From positions 4,402,001 to 4,466,000 of the forward strand of contig NC_043002.1 in NCBI RefSeq assembly GCF_006345805.1: a stretch of DNA of 64,000 bases, in the 5' to 3' direction. Under the pieces are notes generated by a model. The model was not told where the DNA came from and did no database searches. It worked only from the letters and a program-made list of their open reading frames with translations. This DNA comes from Octopus sinensis (taxonomy: Eukaryota). Made by a program: the position numbers and the translations under genes. Positions 13,001 through 26,887 of the stretch are shown here, one piece after another (position 1 is the first letter of the stretch; each line of letters opens with the position of its first letter).

Positions 13001-14920
13001 AGACAGACATGCTTGACAGACATGCTGACAGACAGACATGCTTGACAGACAGACATGCTTGACAGACATGCTGACAGACAGACATGCTTGACAGACAGAC
13101 ATGCTTGACAGACATGCTGACAGACAGACATGCTTGACAGACAGACATGCTGTCAGACAGACATGCTTGACAGACACACATGCTGACAGACAGACATGCT
13201 TGACAGACAGACATGCTGACAGACAGAAATGCTGACAGACAGACATGCTTGACAGACAGACATGCTTGACAGACAGACATGCTTGACAGACAGACATGCT
13301 TGACAGACATGCTGACAGACAGACATGCTTGACAGACAGACATGCTTGACAGACATGCTGACAGACAGACATGCTTGACAGACAGACATGCTTGACAGAC
13401 ATGCTGACAGACAGACATGCTTGACAGACAGACATGCTTGACAGACAGACATGCTTGACAGACATGCTGACAGACAGACATGCTTGACAGACAGACATGC
13501 TTGACAGACATGCTGACAGACAGACATGCTTGACAGACAGACATGCTGACAGACAGACATGCTTGACAGACAGACATGCTGACAGACAGACATGCTTGAC
13601 AGACAGACATGCTGACAGACAAACATGCTGACAGACAGACATGTGACAGACAGACATGCTGACAGACAGACATGCTTGACAGACATGCTGCAGACAGACA
13701 TGCTTGACAGACAGACATGCTTGACAGACAGACATGCTTGACAGACATGCTGACAGACAGACATGCTTGACAGACATGCTGACAGACAGACATGCTGACA
13801 GACAGACATGCTTGACAGACAGACATGCTGACAGACAGACATGCTTGACAGACAGACATGCTGACAGACAGACATGCTGACAGACAGACATGCCTGACAG
13901 ACAGACATGCTTGACAGACAGACATGCTTGACAGACAGACATGCTTGACAGACATGCTGACAGACAGACATGCTTGACAGACAGACATGCTTGACAGACA
14001 TGCTGACAGACAGACATGGTTGACAGACAGACATGCTTGACAGACATGCTGACAGACAGACATGCTTGACAGACAGACATGCTTGACAGACAGACATGCT
14101 TGACAGACATGCTGACAGACAGACATGCTTGACAGACAGACATGCTTGACAGACATGCTGACAGACAGACATGCTTGACAGACAGACATGCTGACAGACA
14201 GATATGCTTGACAGACAGACATGCTGACAGACAGACATGCTTGACAGACAGACATGCTGACAGACAGACATGCTGACAGACAGACATGCTTGACAGACAG
14301 ACATGCTGACAGACAGACATGCTTGACAGACAGACATGCTTGACAGACATGCTGACAGACAGACATGCTTGACAGACAGACATGCTTGACAGACATGCTG
14401 ACACACAGACATGCTTGACAGACAGACATGCTTGACAGACAGACATGCTGACAGACAGACATGCTTGACAGACAGACATGCTGACAGACAGACATGCTTG
14501 ACAGACAGACATGCTGACAGACAGACATGCTGACAGACAGACATGCTTGACAGACAGACATGCTTGACAGACAGACATGCTTGACAGACAGACATGCTTG
14601 ACAGACATGCTGACAGACAGACATGCTTGACAGACAGACATGCTTGACAGACATGCTGGCAGACAGACATGCTTGACAGACAGACATGCTTGACAGACAT
14701 GCTGACAGACAGACATGCTTGACAGACAGACATGCTTGACAGACAGACATGCTTGACAGACATGCTGACAGACAGACATGCTTGACAGACAGACATGCTT
14801 GACAGACAGACATGCTTGACAGACATGCTGACAGACAGACATGCTTGACAGACAGACATGCTGACAGACAGACATGCGTGACAGACAGACATGCTTGACA
14901 GACAGACATGCTTGACAGAC
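10055..14920. repeat. Complex satellite of 12/16/17-bp units GACA(GACA)GACATGCT(T)
   Basis: Continuous ~4.9-kb array. The giant minus-strand ORFs arise because the reverse-complement unit contains no stop codon. Confidence 0.97.
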
Positions 14921-15154
14921 AAAACCGTCATAATGACATCATAGAGATGTGTTGACAGAAGAACCGATGGACAAACATGCTGACAGATCGACAGACAGAC
15001 ATGCAGACAGACAAACAAACATGGTAGAACTAAAAATAGATGCAGATATACAAGACAGGAGGCAGACAACGCGGCTCTTAATCCCAATCTGTCTGAGACT
15101 GTTCCTGGTTTTAGGATACGAATTCTGTTTTAGAGTGATCGAAATTAAAACCTT

Positions 15155-15561
15155 TTAACTTTTAATTGTTTCAGTCATTAGACTGCGGCCATGCTGGGGT
15201 ACCACCTTCAAGAACTTTTAGACCCCAATACCTATTTTTTAAAGCCGGTTAATAATTCTATCGGCCCTTTTGCCGAACCGCTAGGATACGGGGATGTAAA
15301 CACACCAACACTGGTTATCAAGCGCTGGTGGTGGGAAACACAGACACAAAGACAAACACACACACACACAGACACACGTACACACGCACACACACACATA
15401 TATATATGCGACGGGCTTCTTTCAGTTTCCATCTAACAAATCCAGTCACAAAGCTTTGGCTGGCCCGAGGCTTTAGTAGAAGACACTTGTCCAAGGCGCC
15501 AAAACTAGGATTGAACCGGGAACCATGTGGTTGGTAAGTAAACTTCTTATCACACAGCCAC
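15155..15561 (-). mobile_element. SINE family A (older copy)
   Basis: Tail, body and head all align by eye to 4012-4430, with more substitutions. Confidence 0.88.
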
Positions 15562-15752
15562 GTTACAAACACTAGCTTATTTTACTAAATTCTTCATTAT
15601 TTTAAAAACTAGTCGAAACAAATGTAGGGCATTTCAGCAGAAATGCTGACGTCAGCTCGGGAGTTGAAGCGGAAAGAGGGAGAGGAACTGAATGAGTAAG
15701 TGAGAGAGAGACCGTCAGAAAGAAATGTGGTTGTTTTACAGTTTTAGTATAT

Positions 15753-15981
15753 ATTTCTTCAGTGCCCACAAGAGGCTAAACATAGAGGGGACAACAAGGA
15801 CAGACAAAGGATTAAGTCGATTACATCGACCCCAGTGCGTAACTGGTACTTAATTTATCGACCCCGAAAGGATGAAAGGCAAAGTCGACCTCGGCGGAAT
15901 TTGAACTCAGAACGTAACGGCAGACGAAATACCGCTAAACATTTCGCCCGGCGCGCTAACGTTTCTGCCAGCTCGCCGCCT
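15753..15981 (-). mobile_element. tRNA-derived SINE family B (Meta-domain-like core), monomer
   Basis: Sense GGCGGCGAGCTGGCAGAAACGTTAG (A box)...GAGTTCAAATTCC (B box)...GCCTTTCATCCTTTCGGGGTCGAT...AAGTACC. The core resembles the MetaSINE domain as I recall it. Confidence 0.9.
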
Positions 15982-16259
15982 TCAGTTTTAATACTTTTTT
16001 TTTTCACCCCTAAATATTTATAATTGTATATAAATTCCTTAGTTACTATAATTTATTAGCTTCTTTTGCATATTCTTAGTTTATGCATGTGTATGCAAAT
16101 ATAGTATTGGTACATCGCATTTATGTTCATTAGAAATTAAATAAAGAATTTTGACATTTACGAATATTTATTCCCCCCGCTGTATATATGCATATATTTA
16201 TATATTATTTATATTATTATGTGATCGAACGCCACGCATCATTTTCCAAGTAAGTATTA

Positions 16260-16348
<89 letters not shown>

Positions 16349-16357
16349 ATGTATATA

Positions 16358-16522
16358 GGCGCAGGAGTGGCTATGTGGTAAGTAGCTTGCTTACTAACCT
16401 TATGGTTTCGGGTTCAGTCGTACTGCGTGGCACTTAGGGCAAGTGTCTTCTACTATAGCCTTGGGACGACCAAAGCCTTGTGAGTGGATTTGGTAGATGG
16501 AAACTGAGAGAAGCCTGTCGTG

Positions 16523-16570
<48 letters not shown>

Positions 16571-16768
16571 TGTGTTCGTTCTCCACAATCGCTTGACAAC
16601 TGATGTTGGTGTATTTACGCCCCCGTATCTTAGCGGTTCGGCAAAAGATACCGATAGAGTAAGTACAAGGCTTACAAAGAATAAGTCCCGGGGTCGATAT
16701 GCTCGACTAAAGGCGGTGCTTCAGCATGGCCGCAATCAAATGACTGAAACAAATAAAAGTACAAAAGA
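16358..16768 (+). mobile_element. Full-length SINE family A
   Basis: ggcgcaggagtggctatgtggtaag ... tgactgaaacaaataaaag. Confidence 0.92.
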
Positions 16769-16782
16769 AAAATATATATATA

Positions 16783-17176
16783 GGCGCAGGAGTGGCTGTG
16801 TGGTAAGTAGCTTGTTTACCAACCACATGGTTCCGGGTTCAGTCCCACAGCATGGCATCTTGGGCAAGTGTCTTCTGCTATAGCCCCGGGCCGACCAATG
16901 CCTTGTGAGTGGATTTGGTAGACGGAAACTGAAAGAAGCCCGTCGTATATATGTATATAGATATATGTATGTATGTGTGTATATGTTTGTGTAGCATTGC
17001 TTGACAACCGATGCTGGTGTGTTTACGTCCCCGTCACTAGCGGTTCGGCAAAAGAGACCGATAGAATAAGTACTGGGCTTACAAAGAATAAGTCCCGGGG
17101 TCGATTTACTCGACTAAAGGCGGTGCTCCAGCATGGCCGCGGTCAAATGACTGAAACAAGTAAAAGAGTGAAAGAG
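16783..17176 (+). mobile_element. Full-length SINE family A, directly behind the previous copy
   Basis: ggcgcaggagtggctgtgtggtaag ... actgaaacaagtaaaagagtgaaagag. Confidence 0.92.
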
Positions 17177-17199
17177 TATATAACCATGTATGTATATAT

Positions 17200-17230
<31 letters not shown>

Positions 17231-18240
17231 TACGTATTATATATATAAATGCACACACACACACACATATATACGCACACACACACACGCATGCTCTTAC
17301 ACATGTACGCGAACATACAATGCTTTAGATATGCCCATATACCCATGCATAAAAGAAATGCATGTAAATGCTTAGACATAAATGCATAATCCGATGCTGG
17401 TGTGTTTTATCTCCTGCATACGACTTGAAATCACGCACATGCATTCTATCAATTTGCACAAGACACAATCATGTACGCACAATCATATATAAACACACAC
17501 AGATATATATACACGCCTACACAAGACATACAACACACATACCCACATGGGGAGGTGATTATATAACAAAATACCAATAACGCTATTAATTAAGCACAAA
17601 TTGCAATAAATAACTAAATAATAATTTTCTAAACCAAGCCAATTATAAAACTAATTAAATGCATCAATTTTCTTTCGTTACCATGGCATGACATCCACAC
17701 GAAACAAGCTTCGCTTTACCGGAGCCAATGACGGAGTCTCTACAGAGGCAGTATCTAGATTTGCTAGAAATAGAAGTCAAATCCTCCTCACGTCCCACCC
17801 TAGCATCTTGCAAAAGAAGGGACACATACTGGATAAAGTATTTCTAGATACACAATGTTCGTGAGAACACTTTTTATCATGTGTGTCCTTAATTTGGGAC
17901 GACTTGGTTGGGGAAGCGGAGAACTGAATAGGAACCACGGTGACCATCATGACCAATTACCCCCGCCAACGTCGTCAACGTTGCTGCCGCCGCCACCGCC
18001 GTTGCCGCCACCGCCTCCGGCGACGCCACCACCACCACCACCATTGCTACACTCGATCATATGTCAGCATAGTAATTAGATAAGTGATGGCGGATACACA
18101 CACACACACACACGCCCCCTCCACAAACACCCCACCACACACACAACGAGTTTCTTTCAGTTTCCGTCTACCAAATCCACTCACAAGCTTTTGATCAGCA
18201 CGAAGCTATAGTAGAAGACACTATATATATATATATATAT

Positions 18241-18295
<55 letters not shown>

Positions 18296-18301
18296 ATATA
18301 T

Positions 18302-19690
<1,389 letters not shown>

Positions 19691-20149
19691 GTGTCGTAAT
19701 TATCAAGATAAAACTTACTTGGAAAATGATGCGTGGCATTCGATCATAATTTAATATACATAATATATAAATATATGCATATATACATATATGTATGTAC
19801 CTACATATGCATATATGGGTACAGGACATCATAAAAACGTAGACAAAATGAGAAACGAAAACATGCGTCAAAACATAACGAGCAGGAAACGGACGATAGC
19901 ACAACAACGGCAAACAGAACAAAGCAAGATACACGGATGATTCGCAGCCAATTGCTTCTTGAGTTGGAGTCTGGGATGTCCACGTAGTTTCGCCCAATCC
20001 TCTCCGATACTCCTCGAAACCAGTTGGGATAAGGGCTTTAGCTGAAGGCATTGAGCCCCTGAGCACATATACACATATGTGGGTGTGTATATGTATGTGT
20101 GTTCGTGTGTGCGCGTGTGAATATATATGTAGGCGGAACCACACATCCA

Positions 20150-21480
20150 CTGTTAATTAGGAGCAAAATCTTTTCCATTCCAACAAGTTCTTCAGCAGTC
20201 TCTTCTACTATTCGATGCCTTCTAATAAACAGGTCAGTTCTTACCTTGCCATTTCTAACACAAAGGGTACCTTTTGCACATCCCTTTCTCAATTCTTGAT
20301 ATTAACAACTTCTTTCGTGCTTCGCTCTTCAACTACGTCTCCACAATCTCTTATCCGCTGAATAGAAAGTTTCTTTGTTATTTCACGATGACTGCGTGCA
20401 TTGGCGGTTACACTCCCTGGTTATACTCTCTCTAATCCGCAATAATCCAAGGTTCCGATATGATTACCATTGCTTTTCCTTCTGTACATAATCTTAGTGA
20501 CAGTTAATCATGACACAGTTGTTTTAGGGCGGCGAGCTGGCAGAAACGTTAGCATGCCGGGCGAAATGCTTAGCGGTATTTCATCTGCGGTTACGTTCTG
20601 AGTTCAAATTCCGCCTAGGTCGACTTTGCTTTTCATCCTTTCGGGGTCGATTAAATAAGTACCAGTTTCGCACTGGGGTCGATGTAATCGATTTAATCCG
20701 TTTGTCTGTCCTTGTTTGTCCCCTCTGCGTTTAACCTCTTGTGGGTAGTAAAGAAATAGGTAAAAAAAAACCCCCAAAACAAACCTCTCTACTTAATATT
20801 CCACGCACAGGCGTCATCCACACCCAATCTTTTCTATGAACTCTCATTGATAACATCCTCTGATTGCGACATGGCAACAGGCATTCCTTAAAAGCACCAA
20901 AATACAATGACTGTACATATCAAGAAAAACTGCTTTTCTGCGTACGTTCTGTACACAGGGTCCAGAGTGTTGCTTCGTCATTGTAGTTTGGTTTGGAGAT
21001 GTTAGCTCTTCTGCTAAATTTAATAGCGGCATTCATCCAATCGTAAGCACAATTCAAAAGGTTGGCTATTCGATTTCTTTTGTTTACATATTTGCGTTGC
21101 CCTTTTCTCGTCTCTCATTACGAGTAACAACGCACTGCAACTTGTTGCGGATCGTCTTTGCATTTACAGTACTGTATTGTTCCTTTAGTGCATCAACAAG
21201 GATATTCATGACTTGGTTATGCCTCCGTATATATTCTGAAAGAAATGAAATGCATGCGGCAGAACATGCTCTAACGATGATTGGCCTCATCGATGATAAT
21301 CAACCATTTCATTTCCACTTGACTGTATAATATTGGATAATGATGGAAGAATATCATATTCAGTTGTCAGTAGGAATTGCAACATGGACACAGCTATAGT
21401 TTCTAAAACATGTGCCCTGATGCCTAAATTTGCTCAGTCATCTATCATGCTGTGCATGCAAATTAACTTCCGATCTCACT
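20150..21480 (-). pseudogene. Highly decayed RLE-type non-LTR retrotransposon 3' region (HERO/NeSL/R2-like), split by a SINE
   Basis: With frameshifts the minus strand gives LQFLLTTEYDILPSLSN (~21330-21385), SLEHVL/ACISFLSEYIRRHNQVMNILVDAL (CCHC + RH(N/D) motif) and HERSC*YQELRKGC (~20280-20325). Confidence 0.6.
20528..20761 (+). mobile_element. SINE family B monomer
   Basis: ggcggcgagctggcagaaacg ... gtagtaaagaaatagg. Confidence 0.92.
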
Positions 21481-21500
21481 GAAGATATCGTATCGAAAAA

Positions 21501-21730
21501 GGCGGCGAGCTGGCAGAAACGTTAGCACGCCGGGCGAAATGCGTAGCCGTATTTCATCTGCCGTTACGTCCTGAGTTCAAATTCTGCCGAGGTCAACTTT
21601 GCCTTTCATCCTTTCGGGGTCGATTAAATAAGTACCAGTTACGCACTGGGGTCCATATAATCGACTTAATTCGTTTATCTGTCCCTATTTGTCCCCTCTA
21701 TGTTTAACCCCTTGTAGGTAGTAAAGAAAT
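21501..21730 (+). mobile_element. SINE family B monomer with 16-bp target-site duplication
   Basis: agatatcgtatcgaaa at 21483-21498 and 21731-21746. Confidence 0.95.
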
Positions 21731-21841
21731 AGATATCGTATCGAAATGCTAACACAAAACGAATTTTAAATAATGAATTATACAAGTGAGTCGAAATTCC
21801 CAATGATCAACTGAAAATGTGTAACAGTTCTGTGAGAGCTG

Positions 21842-22070
21842 TTAACCTTTTCGTTACTGCATTTATTTTGTCATGTTCTGTGTTTCTTTCAATTAATTAG
21901 AAATATACCAAAGAATTTAGTAAAATAACTTAGTTATCATTAAGCTAGTGTTAGAGACATAAATTGTGACTAAGGTTTGGTGGAAGATTTTTATTCAAAA
22001 CTTACAAAAACAAGATATTTGTACTCAGAGCCAGAGCTGGTTTCAGCCGGGTTGGTAACGAAAGGGTTAA
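21842..22070. mobile_element. piggyBac-type MITE
   Basis: TTAA-CCTTTTCGTTAC ... GTAACGAAAGGG-TTAA: 12-bp TIRs (1 mismatch) with TTAA target duplication. Confidence 0.85.
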
Positions 22071-22494
22071 ACTACTTGTTCAATACGAGAACTGTCAACC
22101 TACTTGTTCGGTTTTTAATCTAAAGAATACTTTTGAATGCTATGTGACTTTATAGACAGCTTCGATTAGTAGTCAATATGAGGGGTAAATAATTTTTAAA
22201 ATAAGCACAAAACATGAACTTTTGTCTGGGCTTTTGCTGAAGTATTTTGCAGTCATTGGGAGTAAAAGGGTTTCCTTGCATCAACAATCACGATCAACGC
22301 AAGCATGTGTGTCTATGCGTGTAGTTGTGCGTGAGTGCCTCTGCCTATGTAAGTATGTGTTTATGCACGAATGTATATGTACGTACTAATGAATCCATGA
22401 CACAGTGTTGAAACAGCCCTAAAATAAACAAATAGATAAAAATAACAGAGGAAATTAAAGAAATAAAAAGGAAAATAGGACGATAAGATATATG

Positions 22495-22535
<41 letters not shown>

Positions 22536-22550
22536 TAAATAGTATGTATG

Positions 22551-22581
<31 letters not shown>

Positions 22582-22769
22582 CTATATATATTGTTGATAA
22601 ATTAGAACATTAAGCTGAAATGTGGTGGGAACATTTTTGCCGATTATCGTGTCAATGTTCGCTTATTACCGGAGCAATTATTATTAAATTATTGCTTACA
22701 AAATGTCATAAAGACACATTTATATATCTGTAAATATATACGTATGTATGCACTTACGTATATATATAT

Positions 22770-22801
<32 letters not shown>

Positions 22802-22837
22802 ATAATATATATATATATATATATATAGATTATATAT

Positions 22838-22883
<46 letters not shown>

Positions 22884-22968
22884 ATATATATTCACGTATA
22901 TATCTGTATTTGTATCTATGTATATACATATATATTATATATGTGTGTATGTGTATATAAATATATAA

Positions 22969-23000
<32 letters not shown>

Positions 23001-23931
23001 ATACATATACACATATGCATAAATCACACACACAGACATATGAAAGACATGTATGTATGTATATACACTCGCACATTCGCACACGCATATACAGGCGCAA
23101 TATGGTTGGGTCATTAAGAAACGAAGATCCGTGTTTCTTCACACTGCATGTCCTCTCGTGCAGTTGCCGTTTCCGTCAGCTTCGAGTCGGCCCATTCCTT
23201 GTGAAAGTCATTCCGGAAAACGGAAACTGTGAAGAAATATCCCATCGGATAGATTGTACTGTGATTCTAACTTAAAACGAGTGTTAAGAGAAATTCTAGA
23301 TATTTCCTTTCTACAACTGCTTAAGAGATGAATCAATACACAAGCATTCCTAATCTTAAATTCGTAACTGGTTTCAAGATATGGGATTCATTGAAAAACG
23401 ACGTAACACGGAAAATATTTTAAAAACAATTTTAACATATATTAAGTTTTCATAAATGGTTTGTATTTTCATATGAATTTTATTAAATTTTCCACGTCAG
23501 TATCGTGTTGGTTTTAAGGTGTTCTTAAATTTCTTATGCTTTAAATATGTTCGCTTAGAGCAAAGTTGGATTAACAGACAGAAACTGAGGGTTATTTTTT
23601 CTTTAATTCTGAGTAAAACAAACGATATAAAGTTGAAAAAGGCGTAATTCAAAACGACCGAGTTGAGGCATGTCCGTATATTATTTAGAAATGGAGAGAT
23701 TTTTTAGAAATGGAGACATGAAGGGCATGAAAGAAAACGCAAAGTGTTAAGCATTATCTCATTTGATTTCCTTAGGAAAATCCGAAGACCTTTCTGTGCC
23801 TCTATACAATTAAAACAAGGGACGATACCATCATTACATTCAAATAATCTTTCTTTAATGTTAATACATTTTTGTATGTTTCCAAAAACTTAATTCTTAT
23901 ACATAGGTGTGTGTCCAAGCGTATGTCTTTT

Positions 23932-23974
<43 letters not shown>

Positions 23975-23981
<7 letters not shown>

Positions 23982-24168
23982 AAATATATTATATACATGC
24001 ATACATAAATATACATAATATATATATATATACATACATACATAATATACATAATATAATATATATATATACATACATGCATACCAAATATACATAGTAT
24101 ATATATATATAATATATATACATACATACATACATACATACATACATAATACATACATACATACATAA

Positions 24169-24233
<65 letters not shown>

Positions 24234-24540
24234 GGCATTTATTTTTGTAACGATAATGTTTTTAGTTGAAGTCGAGGGTCACCAGTTGTAGCGGTCGATA
24301 TTGATTAGGTACACATTATTATGAAACAGATTCATGAAACGGTTCAATTATATATCAATTGATTTCAAGATTTCACATCAGTGTCATATATATATAGTTG
24401 AAATTTACAGAAAAACAAAAGACAAAAACAGGTGGGTAAACAACAAACAGGTGTATTAGTTTAATATGCTCGAGAACGTGAGGAAGTCATTTACGTTTCG
24501 AGCCTACGCTCTTCAACGGAAAGGAACGCGAGAAATAAAC

Positions 24541-24574
<34 letters not shown>

Positions 24575-24851
24575 AGAGAGAGAAGAGAGAGAGAGAGAGA
24601 GTAAAAATAAAACTTTGGAGCTAGCAGTCAATCATGGCGGCGGCTAATATATATATATAATATATATATATACATGCATACATAAATATACATATATATA
24701 TATATATATACATACATACATAAATATACATAATATATATATATATATACATACATGCATACACAAATATACATAGTATATATATATATATATTATACAT
24801 ACATACATACATACATACATACATAATACATACATACATACATAAATATAC

Positions 24852-24915
<64 letters not shown>

Positions 24916-25219
24916 ACGGCATTTTTATTTGGTAACGATAATGTTTTTAGTTGAAGTCGAGGGTCACCAGTTGTAGCGGTCGATATTGATTAGGTACACA
25001 TTATTATGAAACAGATTCATGAAACGGTTCAATTATATATCAATTGATTTCAAGATTTCACATCAGTGTCATATATATATAGTTGAAATTTACAGAAAAA
25101 CAAAAGACAAAAACAGGTGGGTAAACAACAAACAGGTGTATTAGTTTAATGCTCGAGAACGTGAGGAAGTCATTTACGTTTCGAGCCTACGCTCTTCAAC
25201 GGAAAGGAACGCGAGAAAA

Positions 25220-25305
<86 letters not shown>

Positions 25306-25350
25306 AAAATAAAACTTTGGAGCTAGCAGTCAATCATGGCGGCGGCTAAT
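23975..25350. repeat. Direct tandem duplication, period ~690 bp
   Basis: The unique block gataatgtttttagttgaagtcgagggtcacc... starts at 24252 and 24938. Both units end in gcagtcaatcatggcggcggctaat. Confidence 0.92.
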
Positions 25351-25367
25351 ATATATATATATAAATA

Positions 25368-25734
25368 CTAGCAGTATCGCCCGGCGTTGATCGGGTTTGT
25401 AAGGGAAATAACTATATAAGCATTTTTAGAGATGTAAGGTATAATAGCCATCTCAATATGGCTAACCACGTTCTGAGATTTAATAATAAATTTTTAGAGA
25501 GTTACTTCCCTTATATATGCCAAAAATGCATTTTAATGGGAAAAATTGATGGTAAATTTTTTTTTAAATCGTAGACTCATCGTAGATGCGCGCTAATACC
25601 CAGAAGGGCTCGATATGAATCACGACTATAAGATACCCGGTTTTGGTTAAACTGCACCGCAAAATGTGGGAGTAGTTAGGAATCTAAATCGTAGGAGACA
25701 GACAGACACACAACCTCACTTTTATATATAAAGA
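25368..25734 (-). mobile_element. Non-autonomous Helitron, complete
   Basis: Minus strand starts A|TCTTTATATATAAAAG and ends with hairpin cccgatcaacgccggg + ...CTAG|T: canonical 5'-TC/CTAG-3' ends in an AT target. Confidence 0.88.
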
Positions 25735-26109
25735 TATAGACGCTGAAAAATTCAAAATTGAAAAATTAATAATTAACAAGGCGAATACAACAATAAATAA
25801 ATAATTAAATAAACTAAGATATAAGAAATATATACAGAAAATAATTTGAACATGTAAAAACACAGATTCAAGAGAGAGGGAAATATAACAAAGAGGGGGG
25901 AAAAGGTAGACGTGACCCCTTTGACTTGGTAAACATTTCCATAGTAGGGTGCGATTTGTACTTTCATACATGATGTGTTGGAGCAGTTGTAGTCTACTGA
26001 ACAGAATATAGTAAATATTTCCGGCAGATCAAAGGTAGGATAAAGTGCAACCATGAAGCTGGTTGGCAGGATTTGAATACGGTCATTGATTATCGAATTT
26101 AATCACTGT

Positions 26110-26717
26110 TCAAGGCCAGTCAATTACATCGCTCAAACGGTACCTATTTTATCGACCTCGAAAGGGTGAAAGGCCTTTAGCTGCGGAAATAGTTTCGAGA
26201 GAAAATTCTCCTCCTAGATGATATATGTGAAAGCACAATGGGCTGTGAATGACGTGCTTCGGTAGTAGGACTTTGAACTCAGAACATAAAGGCGGACCAA
26301 ATACCTATTTCTTTACTACCCACAAGGGGCACAGAGTGGACAATCAAGAACAGACACACAGATTATGTAGATTATATCGATCCCAGTGCGTAACTGGTCC
26401 TTAATTTATCGACCCCGAAAGGATGAAAGGCAAAGTCGGCCTCGGCGGAATTTGAACTCAGAACATAGCGGCAGACGAAATACCTATTTCTTTACTATCC
26501 ACAAGGGGCTAAACACAGAGGGGACAAACAAGGACAGACATAGGTATTAAGTCGATTACATCGACTCCAGTGCGTAACTGGTACTTAATTTATCGACCCC
26601 GAAAGGATGAAAGGCAAAGTCAACCTCGGCGGAATTTGAACTCACAACGTAACGACAGACGAAATACCGCAAAGCATTTCGCCCGGCGTGCTAACGTTTC
26701 TGCCAGGTCGCCGCCTT
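26110..26717 (-). mobile_element. Head-to-tail array of SINE family B (one head, two junctions at 26304 and 26483)
   Basis: Junction aaatacctatttctttact occurs twice. The leftmost unit is strongly decayed. Confidence 0.85.
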
Positions 26718-26887
26718 CAGAACTGATAACCATATCACTACAAATCGTATTAAGATAATAGTAATAATTATGGTTTTAAAGGTCAGTAATTTTACGGAGT
26801 GAGGGTTAGTTGGATGATCATGTATTTTATGAAGTACGTTTGCATGTTTTCGAAATAACTGAGTGAAGTGAAATAAAGTTTCATATA

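Noticed and set aside
10055-14920. CRISPR-like array
   Set aside because: No unique spacers and a eukaryotic context; it is a tandem satellite.
9611-15087. Giant minus-strand ORFs (644-1754 aa, Cys/Ser/Val-rich)
   Set aside because: All three frames are open only because the satellite unit has no stop codon on that strand, and the 16/17-bp units do not preserve frame.
17135-17170. Hammerhead in the SINE A tail (GTCA-AA-TGAC-T-GAAAC-AA-GTA)
   Set aside because: It resembles stem II-GAAA-GUA, but there is no upstream CUGANGA core in any copy. It is more simply a LINE-recognition stem-loop.
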